Source of the DNA: a bacterium
GTDB taxonomy: Bacteria; Joyebacterota; Joyebacteria; Joyebacterales; Joyebacteraceae
Reading direction: 5' to 3'
Assembly (NCBI GenBank): GCA_029990205.1
Contig: JAPEKQ010000002.1
Span: 32,845 to 96,844 of the forward strand
DNA length: 64,000 bases
Shown: positions 1-8,004 of the stretch, piece after piece
Position numbering within the stretch: position 1 is the stretch's first letter
Layout: the number at the start of each line of letters is the position of its first letter
Notes under the pieces: generated by a model
What the model was told of the DNA's origin: nothing
Seen by the model: the letters and a program-made list of their open reading frames with translations, nothing else
Database searches by the model: none
Translations under genes and position numbers: made by a program

Positions 1-1517
1 TCCGACGCGCTGAAGTCGCGGACGTGCAGCTCGTAGAGCACGATGTCCGTCGGAGCCTCCAGCGCCGGCTTCTCGACGGCGTCCCATCCCTCCGGCATCG
101 TCGCCGGGTCGTCCATGTTCACGATCAGCGTGCGCGCGCTGTTCATCGAGAGGCCGCGCGAGTACGGATCGGTGACCATGTTGTTCTCGAAGGAGCCGGT
201 CTGATGCATGTAGACGTCGACCTCGTACAGGTAGTACATGCCGTCCCACTCGGGCCGGCCGCCCGATGTCCAGACGCCGTTCTCGTCGGTCATCGCGAGC
301 ACGTGAGTCGGCTCGGGCGCGTCGCAGCTCTCGTAGATGTAGAGCCGGACGACCCGCGCGGTCGGCGCCCAGACGCGGAACGTCGGCGCGCCGTCCTCCC
401 ACGTCAGTCCGAGCGGACCGTCGTAGGCGAAGACGTCATCGAGCACGCCGGGGATCTGGACACCGGTCGCGTCGACGAGCTTGCCCTCGGCATCCAGGGC
501 CGACACCGCCAGCTGCCCGCGGAGCAGCTCTGTGGTCCACGCGAGGGCCGAATCCGGAAGCGTGAGACCGGGGAGCCCCCTGAGGTGCGGGAAGCTCGCG
601 CTGATCTCGGGTGAGAGCCCGCCGTCGGCGGGCATCAGCTCGAACGTCTCTCCGCCGGTCACTCCGCCGGCGGTCAGTTCGAGGTTCGCATCGGGGGACG
701 AATGGAGGAAGTACCTTACCTCGCCCTTGTGCTTGCGCCACGCGATCGTCGTCGCGTCGACCCAGTGGGCCTGGAGCCTCGTGAGGTCGCCAAGCGCGAG
801 CGCGGCCACATCGGGCTCCTCACTGAAGATGCTCTGCCGTCCGGACACGATCCAGACCTCCCGCCCGTGCTCCCCGATGTTCAGGTACATATCGGGGCCG
901 GGGTCCTTGCTGTCACCACGGTGAATGATGAACCCGACCTTCACGGGCTCGGCAGTGAGCTTGATGTCCCAGTACGCGCCGAAGTCGTCCTCGCCCGCGG
1001 GCTCGAGAGGGCTCGTCCACTCGACGGACTCCTCGGTGTCCTCCCAGACGTGAAGCCCCCACCCGGCGTACCCGCCGCGGGGACGGTGGTAGCGAATGCG
1101 CGCGTAGCCGTCATCGAGCGAAGGAGCCGGATCGAGAGCCGGCTTCGCCTTGGCCGCGGCTCCACCGACGGTGCGGACCGCGTTCTGCCCGCCGTACCCG
1201 TCGTCGACGTAGCTGTCGGCGTCGGCATCCAGCGGACCGCCGCCCAGGTCGGTCTCCATGTTGCCGGGCCAGTCACCGTTGACGAAGTACTTGTACTGGT
1301 GCTCGCCGGTATCGAGATCGATGACGACCGACCAGACGCCGTCCTTCTCCGTCATCGGTGTCTCGTCCCAGCCGTTGAACGAGCCGCGAACGGAGACGCT
1401 TGTCACGCCGGCGTCCCCGGGCTCGTATGTGAACGTAATCTCTTCGGCGTGACCGGCGGTCGCGAGCATCGCGACGGCGCAGATGGCCAGCGTGGATATC
1501 AGCATCCGGTGCTTCAT
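1..1517 (-). CDS. pulA: Pullulanase-type glycoside hydrolase (GH13 with N-terminal CBM41/CBM48-like domains). Partial: the C-terminal part lies beyond the window start
   Basis: Manual minus-strand translation from the ATG at 1515-1517 gives MKHRMLISTLAICAVAMLATAGHA (signal peptide), then ...YKYFVNGDWPGN... (starch-binding-like) and ...MYYLYEVDVYMHQTGSFENNMVTDPYSRGLSMNSARTLIVNMDDPATMPEGW..., typical of type I pullulanases. It is absent from the ORF track because there is no stop codon in the window. Confidence 0.8.
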   Translation of the reverse strand, partial: MKHRMLISTLAICAVAMLATAGHAEEITFTYEPGDAGVTSVSVRGSFNGWDETPMTEKDGVWSVVIDLDTGEHQYKYFVNGDWPGNMETDLGGGPLDADADSYVDDGYGGQNAVRTVGGAAAKAKPALDPAPSLDDGYARIRYHRPRGGYAGWGLHVWEDTEESVEWTSPLEPAGEDDFGAYWDIKLTAEPVKVGFIIHRGDSKDPGPDMYLNIGEHGREVWIVSGRQSIFSEEPDVAALALGDLTRLQAHWVDATTIAWRKHKGEVRYFLHSSPDANLELTAGGVTGGETFELMPADGGLSPEISASFPHLRGLPGLTLPDSALAWTTELLRGQLAVSALDAEGKLVDATGVQIPGVLDDVFAYDGPLGLTWEDGAPTFRVWAPTARVVRLYIYESCDAPEPTHVLAMTDENGVWTSGGRPEWDGMYYLYEVDVYMHQTGSFENNMVTDPYSRGLSMNSARTLIVNMDDPATMPEGWDAVEKPALEAPTDIVLYELHVRDFSAS

Positions 1518-1639
1518 CTGCATCATCTCCCCTCAGAGAGGCCCGCGCCGACGCGTCGGCGTCCGGCCTCATGTGCGTCGCCGGACTCCCCCCGGCGCGT
1601 TGGATCGGTTCTTCGAGTGCGAAGAGTATAGCATGAACA

Positions 1640-1669
1640 AAGAGGCCTCGCCGGGTGGCGAAGCCTCTT
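1640..1669 (-). terminator. GC-rich hairpin (AAGAGGCCTCGCC-GGGT-GGCGAAGCCTCTT) downstream of rbr. Probable intrinsic terminator
   Basis: 13-bp stem with one mismatch, followed on the minus strand by UUGUUC. It lies between the rbr stop (1726) and the pulA start (1517). Confidence 0.45.
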
Positions 1670-1725
1670 CGTGTGAGCAGTCCCTCACGGGACGTTGATA
1701 GCCCTCTCGAGGCTCTCTCTCGGAA

Positions 1726-2223
1726 CTAGTCGATCTTCGAGAACATCTCGCCCTTCGCGCCGCAGATCGGGCAGGTTCCCGGCGCCTCGCGCTCGGCCGT
1801 GAAGCCGCAGACGGGGCACACGTAGTAGGCGAAGTCATCCTGCGCGGAGCCCAGGTTGTCCAGCAGGCCCTGGTAGAGCGAGGCGTGGATCTTCTCGACC
1901 TCATTGGCGAACGAGAAGGAGCGCTCGGCCTGAGTGTTGCCCTCGGCCTTTGCCGCCTCGATCATCTCCGGGTACATGTTCTTGAACTCGTGCGTCTCAC
2001 CCGCAACGGCTTCCTTCAGGTTCTCGGCCGTGTCGTGGATGCCGCCCGCCGCCCTGAGGTGGCTGTGGGCGTGAACCGTCTCCGCCGCCGCCGCGGCCCG
2101 GAACAGTCGCGCGACCTGCGCGAAGCCCTCGTCGTCCGCCTTCTTCGCGAATGCGAGGTAGCGACGGTTGGCCTGCGACTCACCGGCGAACGCGTCCATC
2201 AGGAAATCAACCGACTTGCTCAT
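1726..2223 (-). CDS. rbr: Rubrerythrin (N-terminal diiron ferritin-like domain plus C-terminal rubredoxin-like CxxC...CxxC)
   Basis: MSKSVDFLMDAFAGESQANRRYLAFA...CPVCGFTAEREAPGTCPICGAKGEMF. AGGAGG lies 5 nt upstream of the second ATG (2223). The ATG at 2238 is the alternative start. Confidence 0.9.
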   Translation of the reverse strand: MSKSVDFLMDAFAGESQANRRYLAFAKKADDEGFAQVARLFRAAAAAETVHAHSHLRAAGGIHDTAENLKEAVAGETHEFKNMYPEMIEAAKAEGNTQAERSFSFANEVEKIHASLYQGLLDNLGSAQDDFAYYVCPVCGFTAEREAPGTCPICGAKGEMFSKID

Positions 2224-2484
2224 TGTGTCCTCCTGCACTTGGGGAACGCTGCGTCTTCCATCTCGAATGAGGTGCCCTCAACTCCGGGACCAGTACTATC
2301 GCATGACGCCATCGTGCGGTCAACGTGTGACCCGGTGGCGACAGTCGGTATTCTGATTCACTGACGGCCCTGCGGTTTCGCGGCGGCGGCAGTTCTTGCC
2401 GGGCGGCGCGGGCGGTGATACCGTGGAACCGCCCCCGGAGGACGATGGGGCGTTCACACCGAACCCACCCCGAAGGAGACACGT

Positions 2485-4008
2485 ATGAGACGCATCCCGC
2501 TCGCCGCCGCGCTTGCGCTGTTCGGCCTCGTGATCGTATCGCCGCCGCGGTCGGCCGCCGGCTCGCTGGCTCCATCCGATCCGCCGCCGACCGTCACCGG
2601 GGCGGCGGCATCGGCCGTGGCGTGGCCGCGGACCGCGGTCGTGATCGACGGACGTTTCGAGGACTGGCAGGCAATCGAGCCGGTGTGGAACGACAACGCC
2701 GGCGACGGGAAGGGCGGGGGGCGCGGCATCGACCTGGGACGGCTCTGGGCGGCCAGCGACGCGGAGCGCGTGTTCCTCTGCTTCGAGACGGGACTCGAGA
2801 TGGGGCTCCAGGGCGGGAACGATGTCGCGCTTCTCATCGACGGCGATGACAGTATCTCCACGGGCATCGACAGACTCGGAATGGGCGTCGATCTCATCTG
2901 GCGCTTCGGGCAGCGCGAAGGCGCCGTCTACTCCAGTTCCGGCGCCAGGCGGCGCATCGAGCAGTCCGACGTCGGTCTGAGGCAGGGTCCGACCGTGACG
3001 TCGCCGGTGTTCGAGATCTCGCTCCTCCGCTCGGCGCTCCCGCCGGGCGATGCCATCCGCGTCTGCATCACCACGGGATCACAGGCGGGCAGCGATCGCC
3101 TCCCCGACACCGAGGGCGGAGTCCGTATCGCGCTCTCGGACGCCGCACCCGTGATCGCGCACACGCGCTCGCTCGACCGCGAGCACCCAGACGATCTCCG
3201 CGTCTTGACCTACAACGTGCTCTTCGATGGTCTGTTCAAGCGGCCGGCGCCGTTCATTCGCCTCCTGCGCGCGATCGATCCGGACGTCGTCTGCTTCCAG
3301 GAGATCTGGTCGCACTCCGCGCAGCAGGCCGTCGACCAGGTCAACCTCGCGCTCCCCGGCGGGGCCCCTTGGTACGGAGGAAGCACCGAGGACGGACTCA
3401 TCGTCAGCCGCTACCCGATCATCGACAACCAGTCGGTGGACGACGCGGGGAACCACTGGGCGCTGATCGACCTTCCCGAGGATGTCTACGGCGCGGACCT
3501 CTCGCTGATAAGCGCGCATCCGCCGTGCTGCGACAACGAACAGGGGCGTCAGGAGGAGCTCGACGGCATCGCGGCGTGGATGCGCGAACTCAAGCGCGGA
3601 GGCGACTCGGGCATCGCGACGGGCACCTTCATCGTGATCGCCGGTGACATGAACCTCGTGGGCTCGTCGGAGCAGGTCGAGACGCTCGTTGCGGGAGTCA
3701 TCGGTGACGAGGAACGGTTCGGACGAACGGTCTCGCCCGACTGGGACGGCACGGCGCTGACCGACGCGTCCCCGCTCCACATCGGCGGGCGTGAAGGATA
3801 TACGTGGCGAGACGACACGAGCCGGTTCGCGCCGGGGAAGCTCGACTACATCGTGTACTCCGACAGCGTGATGGAGATGACGGGCGGGTTCGTCCTCAGG
3901 ACGGAGGACCTGCCACGCGAGATGCTCGTGCGGTACGGACTCCGGGCGTCGGACACCGGAGAGGCGTCCGACCATCTTCCCGTAGTCGCCGACTTCACAC
4001 GTCGCTAG
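2485..4008 (+). CDS. Secreted endonuclease/exonuclease/phosphatase (EEP) family protein with an N-terminal extension
   Basis: Signal peptide MRRIPLAAALALFGLVIVSPPRSAAGS. The EEP core runs from LTYNVLFDG...VCFQEI to DHLPVVADF at the C-terminus. AAGGAG RBS lies 7 nt upstream. Confidence 0.8.
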   Translation: MRRIPLAAALALFGLVIVSPPRSAAGSLAPSDPPPTVTGAAASAVAWPRTAVVIDGRFEDWQAIEPVWNDNAGDGKGGGRGIDLGRLWAASDAERVFLCFETGLEMGLQGGNDVALLIDGDDSISTGIDRLGMGVDLIWRFGQREGAVYSSSGARRRIEQSDVGLRQGPTVTSPVFEISLLRSALPPGDAIRVCITTGSQAGSDRLPDTEGGVRIALSDAAPVIAHTRSLDREHPDDLRVLTYNVLFDGLFKRPAPFIRLLRAIDPDVVCFQEIWSHSAQQAVDQVNLALPGGAPWYGGSTEDGLIVSRYPIIDNQSVDDAGNHWALIDLPEDVYGADLSLISAHPPCCDNEQGRQEELDGIAAWMRELKRGGDSGIATGTFIVIAGDMNLVGSSEQVETLVAGVIGDEERFGRTVSPDWDGTALTDASPLHIGGREGYTWRDDTSRFAPGKLDYIVYSDSVMEMTGGFVLRTEDLPREMLVRYGLRASDTGEASDHLPVVADFTRR

Positions 4009-4013
4009 CGGGC

Positions 4014-4721
4014 TCAGTCGCCTCGCTGAGCGAGGCGCATCAGCATCATCCGGATGACGAGAGTCTGGTCCTCGGCGGGAATGTCGATGACCGCGTCCGC
4101 GAGCGCCCTGAGCGTCGCCGCGTCCGGAACACCGCTCGGCTCGAGTTCGTTCTCCTCCTGGAAGCTCACCAGGGCAAGCACCGCCTCCGCGTCCCACTCC
4201 CCCATCCCGTAGTTCACGTCCAGCCCGAGCGCCGACATCACCGACTTGATGAAGACACGCTCCTCGTACTCCAGCTCCAGCGGGAGCGACGGCGCATCCG
4301 CGATCACGATCTGCGCCGGGTCCTCGACGACGATCTGCGGCTTCCCCTTGTACTCGACGATGGTCCCGGTCACGCAGATGCGGCGGCCGTCGAAGAGCGC
4401 CTCTGGCTCATCCTCGAAGAGCCCCCTCGTCGAACCCCAGATGACGACCGTGAACAGCTGGTCGGGGTACGGACGGCCGAGATTCAGGAAGGTCGGCGTG
4501 CCGCCGGTGCGGCCGAGATACGCAGCGCTGGCGACGGTCCCGCAGACGGTGGCGTCCGCACCCACATGCGCCGCCGCGTCCTCCACCTCGATGACGAGGT
4601 CCCCTGCGACAGCCGTGCACGGCGCGACCGCGCCGACGAAGGTCAGCGAGAGAATCGCCACGACGACGGTCATCACTGAGGCCGCCGAGCCGTTGGCCGG
4701 GTGTGTTCTGTTCCGCTTCAT
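4014..4721 (-). CDS. Hypothetical membrane-anchored protein: OB-fold-like region plus a C-terminal peptidoglycan-binding-like domain
   Basis: N-terminal TM/signal segment (VMTVVVAILSLTFVGAVA). Segment ICVTGTIVEYKGKPQIVVEDPAQIVI. C-terminus ...SGVPDAATLRALADAV is PG_binding_1-like. GGGAGG RBS. Confidence 0.55.
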   Translation of the reverse strand: MKRNRTHPANGSAASVMTVVVAILSLTFVGAVAPCTAVAGDLVIEVEDAAAHVGADATVCGTVASAAYLGRTGGTPTFLNLGRPYPDQLFTVVIWGSTRGLFEDEPEALFDGRRICVTGTIVEYKGKPQIVVEDPAQIVIADAPSLPLELEYEERVFIKSVMSALGLDVNYGMGEWDAEAVLALVSFQEENELEPSGVPDAATLRALADAVIDIPAEDQTLVIRMMLMRLAQRGD

Positions 4722-6187
4722 GAATCCTCCCTCTTGGCTGCTGCTTCGATGAGTTCACCCACGATCCGTGGATCCGCCCTGCCGCCGGTCTCCGCCATGA
4801 CCTGACCAACAAGGAATCGTACGAGTTTGCGTTCGCCACGCCGGAGTCGCGCGAGTTCGCCCGGGTTGGCTTCGAGCACGGACGCGACGATCGTCGCGAG
4901 TTCGGCCTCGTCCGAGAGCTGCGCCAGATCGAGACGCCGGACGAGATCGGCAAGCGGTTCATCGGAATCGATCGCGTGACCGAGCAGCGTCTTCGCGGCC
5001 GTCTCCGTCAGTCCCCCGCTCGCGCGCAGGGCGACAAGTTCCGCCAGTCTCGCCGCGGGAAGCCGCGAGCCGAGCAGATCGTCCATCGACAGCCCGCGTT
5101 CGTGCGCCAGACCGCGGAGCGGCCCGACGAACCACTTCGCGCACGCGGGGCCGGCCGCTTCGGCATCACCGAGATCGAAAGAGCCGATGGCGCGCACCAT
5201 CTCCCCGAAGTACTCGACCTCGTACCGTTCGTCGGCGATGACGGACGAGATGTCCTCCGACAGACCGTAGCGGTCGCGGAGCCGTGCGCGAGCGGCTCCC
5301 GGAAGTTCGGGCACGTTCGCTCGAAGCTCCTCGACCTTCTCTGCGGGGATGATGACATCGGGAAGGTCCGGCTCGCGGAAGTACCGGTAGTCGGACGCCT
5401 CCTCCTTCGAACGCATCGGCGAGGCGACGCCCGCGCGTTCGTCCCACAACAGAGTCTGGTGCGTGACGCGCCCCCCTCCGTCGAGCACCGAGTTCTGTCG
5501 CTCGACTTCGCGCTCGAGCGCGCGGCGGATCGATCGGAACGAATTGAGATTCTTGATCTCGCACGGCGTCCCGGGCGCGCGATCCTCCCCGGCGAGCGAC
5601 ACGTTCGTGTCGAAGCGCAGACTACCCTCGTGCATCCTCCCGCTCGTGACGCCGCAGTAGACCAGGACACGCCGGATCTCCTCGGCGAACGCAACCGCGT
5701 CGTCAACGCTCGTGAGATCGGGCTGCGTGACGATCTCGAGCAGCGGCACCCCGCAGCGGTTCATGTCGACGAGGCTCGGCCGACCGGGACGATGCGCCGT
5801 CTTCCCCGCGTCCTCCTCGATGTGAAGCTGTCTGAATCCGACGCGGAACGTTCGTCCTCCCGTTTCGACGGCAAGACCTCCCCCGGTCGCGAGCGGCCGG
5901 GTGTCCTGCGTGATCTGATAGCCCTTGGGAAGGTCAGGATAGAAGTAGCTCTTCCGGGCGAACGACGACCGGCCCGCGACCGTCGCGTCGACAGCGAGCG
6001 CCGCTACGATGCCGAGCTCGACGACGCGTTCGTTGAGCACCGGAAGGGCACCAGGCAGCCCGAGGCAGACGGGACAGACCCGCGAGTTCGGCTCGCCTCC
6101 GACGCCGTTCGCGCACGCGCAGAAGATCTTCGAGCGCGTCGCCAGCTGCGCGTGGACTTCGAACCCTATAACCGGGGTGCGCGTCAT
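4718..6187 (-). CDS. gatB: Asp-tRNA(Asn)/Glu-tRNA(Gln) amidotransferase subunit B
   Basis: MTRTPVIGFEVHAQLATRSKIFCAC...CPVCLGLPG..., typical GatB. The ATG at 6185-6187 overlaps the gatA stop (ATGA). The upstream part of the track ORF is an out-of-gene extension. Confidence 0.95.
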   Translation of the reverse strand: MTRTPVIGFEVHAQLATRSKIFCACANGVGGEPNSRVCPVCLGLPGALPVLNERVVELGIVAALAVDATVAGRSSFARKSYFYPDLPKGYQITQDTRPLATGGGLAVETGGRTFRVGFRQLHIEEDAGKTAHRPGRPSLVDMNRCGVPLLEIVTQPDLTSVDDAVAFAEEIRRVLVYCGVTSGRMHEGSLRFDTNVSLAGEDRAPGTPCEIKNLNSFRSIRRALEREVERQNSVLDGGGRVTHQTLLWDERAGVASPMRSKEEASDYRYFREPDLPDVIIPAEKVEELRANVPELPGAARARLRDRYGLSEDISSVIADERYEVEYFGEMVRAIGSFDLGDAEAAGPACAKWFVGPLRGLAHERGLSMDDLLGSRLPAARLAELVALRASGGLTETAAKTLLGHAIDSDEPLADLVRRLDLAQLSDEAELATIVASVLEANPGELARLRRGERKLVRFLVGQVMAETGGRADPRIVGELIEAAAKREDS

Positions 6188-7653
6188 GCGGCACCTCTCA
6201 CGGGCGGCGCGAGGGGCCCCCCGCACGAACGTTCGATCTCGCCCGCGACGGCGAACATGACCGGCTCGCACGAGCGGTTGACGATCACCTGCGTTCCGAC
6301 CGGCAGACCGCCGGGCGTCGTCCCGCAGGGGACCGATACCGCGGCGGCCCCCGCCAGGTTCGCCGGGACCGTGAAGATGTCGGAGAGATACATGGCGAGT
6401 GGGTCGCACACGCGTTCGCCAAGCCCGAACGCGGCGGTCGGCGCCACGGGACCGACGATGGCGTCCACGTCGTCGAACGCGCCGAGAAGCTCCTCGGTGA
6501 TGCGGCGGCGGGCCTCCTGCGCGCTCGCGTAGTAGCGGTCGCGATAGCCTGCCGAGAGCGCGTAGGTCCCCAACATGATGCGCCGCTTGACCTCGAGTCC
6601 GAAGCCCTCGCCGCGACTCCGTTCGAAGACGCCGTCGAGGTCGTCTGCCTCCGCCCGGTACCCGAACCCCACGCCGTCGTACCTCGCGAGGTTCGCCGAC
6701 GCCTCGGCATCGGCGATCAGGTAGTAGGCGGCGACGGAGTGCTCGAGCGACGGAAGTGTCAGTCTCTCCACGCTCGCCCCGGCGCTCTCGAGCGCGGATA
6801 CCGCCTGCTCGACGCGCTCGCGGACGTCACTCTCGACGTCGGGGCCGAGAAACCCCTCCGGAACGCCCAGCCGGAGACCCGAGACGCCGGCGGTGACCGC
6901 CGTCACGCAGTCCGGTACCGGGACTCGGAGACTGGTCGCGTCCGCCGGGTCGCCCCCGGCGATGGCCTCGAGCAGCACCGCCGCGCCCTCGACATCACGC
7001 GCCATCGGCCCGATCTGGTCGAATGAGGAGGCGAAGGCCACGAGACCGTACCTCGAGACTCGGCCGTAGGTCGGCTTGACGCCGACGACGCCGCAGAATC
7101 CCGCGGGCTGCCGCACGGAACCACCCGTGTCCGAACCGAGCGCCAGCACCGCCTCTCCCGCGGCGACGGCCGCGGCCGACCCGCCGCTCGAGCCGCCGGG
7201 CACCCGGGCGGCGTCCCACGGGTTCCTCACGGGTCCGCTGGCTGAGTGTTCGTTGGACGACCCCATCGCGAACTCGTCCATGTTCGTCTTCCCGATGACG
7301 ATGCCGCCGGCCGCCTCGAGACGCGTCACAGCGGTCGCGTCGCACGGCGGCTGGTAGCCGTCGAGCATCCGGGAGCCGCACGTGGTACCCAGCCCTCGCG
7401 TGGAGATGTTGTCCTTGACCGCCGTCGGGATGCCCGCGAGCGGGCCCAGCGTCTCACCGCGTGCCCGTGCATCATCGAACTCGCGCGCTCGTGCGAGCAC
7501 ACGCTCCGGCTCCGCGGTGCGTATGAATGTGTTGAGGGTGTCGGCGTTCGAACGGATGGTGTCGAGCGCGGCGTTCACGAGGTCGCGGCTCGACAGCTCC
7601 CGGCTCTCGAGACCGCTGACGATCTCCCTGAAGGTATGGTCGGTGAGTCTCAC
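6184..7653 (-). CDS. gatA: Glutamyl-tRNA(Gln) amidotransferase subunit A (amidase signature)
   Basis: 489 aa. Amidase signature region GGSSGGSAAAVAAG, and ...TNMDEFAMGSSNE... Confidence 0.95.
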   Translation of the reverse strand: MRLTDHTFREIVSGLESRELSSRDLVNAALDTIRSNADTLNTFIRTAEPERVLARAREFDDARARGETLGPLAGIPTAVKDNISTRGLGTTCGSRMLDGYQPPCDATAVTRLEAAGGIVIGKTNMDEFAMGSSNEHSASGPVRNPWDAARVPGGSSGGSAAAVAAGEAVLALGSDTGGSVRQPAGFCGVVGVKPTYGRVSRYGLVAFASSFDQIGPMARDVEGAAVLLEAIAGGDPADATSLRVPVPDCVTAVTAGVSGLRLGVPEGFLGPDVESDVRERVEQAVSALESAGASVERLTLPSLEHSVAAYYLIADAEASANLARYDGVGFGYRAEADDLDGVFERSRGEGFGLEVKRRIMLGTYALSAGYRDRYYASAQEARRRITEELLGAFDDVDAIVGPVAPTAAFGLGERVCDPLAMYLSDIFTVPANLAGAAAVSVPCGTTPGGLPVGTQVIVNRSCEPVMFAVAGEIERSCGGPLAPPVRGAA

Positions 7654-7994
7654 GATTCGTCCGGGAGGAAGCCCGGGACCGCGAACTGCCCGTCCTCGGA
7701 TTCCGGAGCGTTCCGGAGTGCCTCGTCCATAGTCAGCATGGCGCCGACCGTGTCCGGTCGGATGACGCTGTCGCGTCGGGGCTCGGCGGTCCTGACGGAC
7801 CGCTGGTGTGAGGCGCCGGCCTCCGTGGACGCAGATTCCGCATTCGCGATCTCAGCGGTTGCGAACTCCGCGATGCTCTCGAAGTGGTCGAGAACCGCGC
7901 TCAGGTCCTTCGCGAGCGTCTCGAGTTCCTCGCCCTCAAGCGCCAGCCGCGCGAGCCGTGCCGCGCGCCGCGCTTCGTCGATGCTGACCGCCAT
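7650..7994 (-). CDS. gatC: Glutamyl-tRNA(Gln) amidotransferase subunit C
   Basis: MAVSIDEARRAARLARLALEGEELETLAKDLSAVLDHF... The ATG at 7994 has AGGAG 7 nt upstream. The track's first M at 8000 is a GTG too close to the RBS. Confidence 0.9.
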   Translation of the reverse strand: MAVSIDEARRAARLARLALEGEELETLAKDLSAVLDHFESIAEFATAEIANAESASTEAGASHQRSVRTAEPRRDSVIRPDTVGAMLTMDEALRNAPESEDGQFAVPGFLPDES

Positions 7995-8004
7995 ATCCAC
8001 GCTC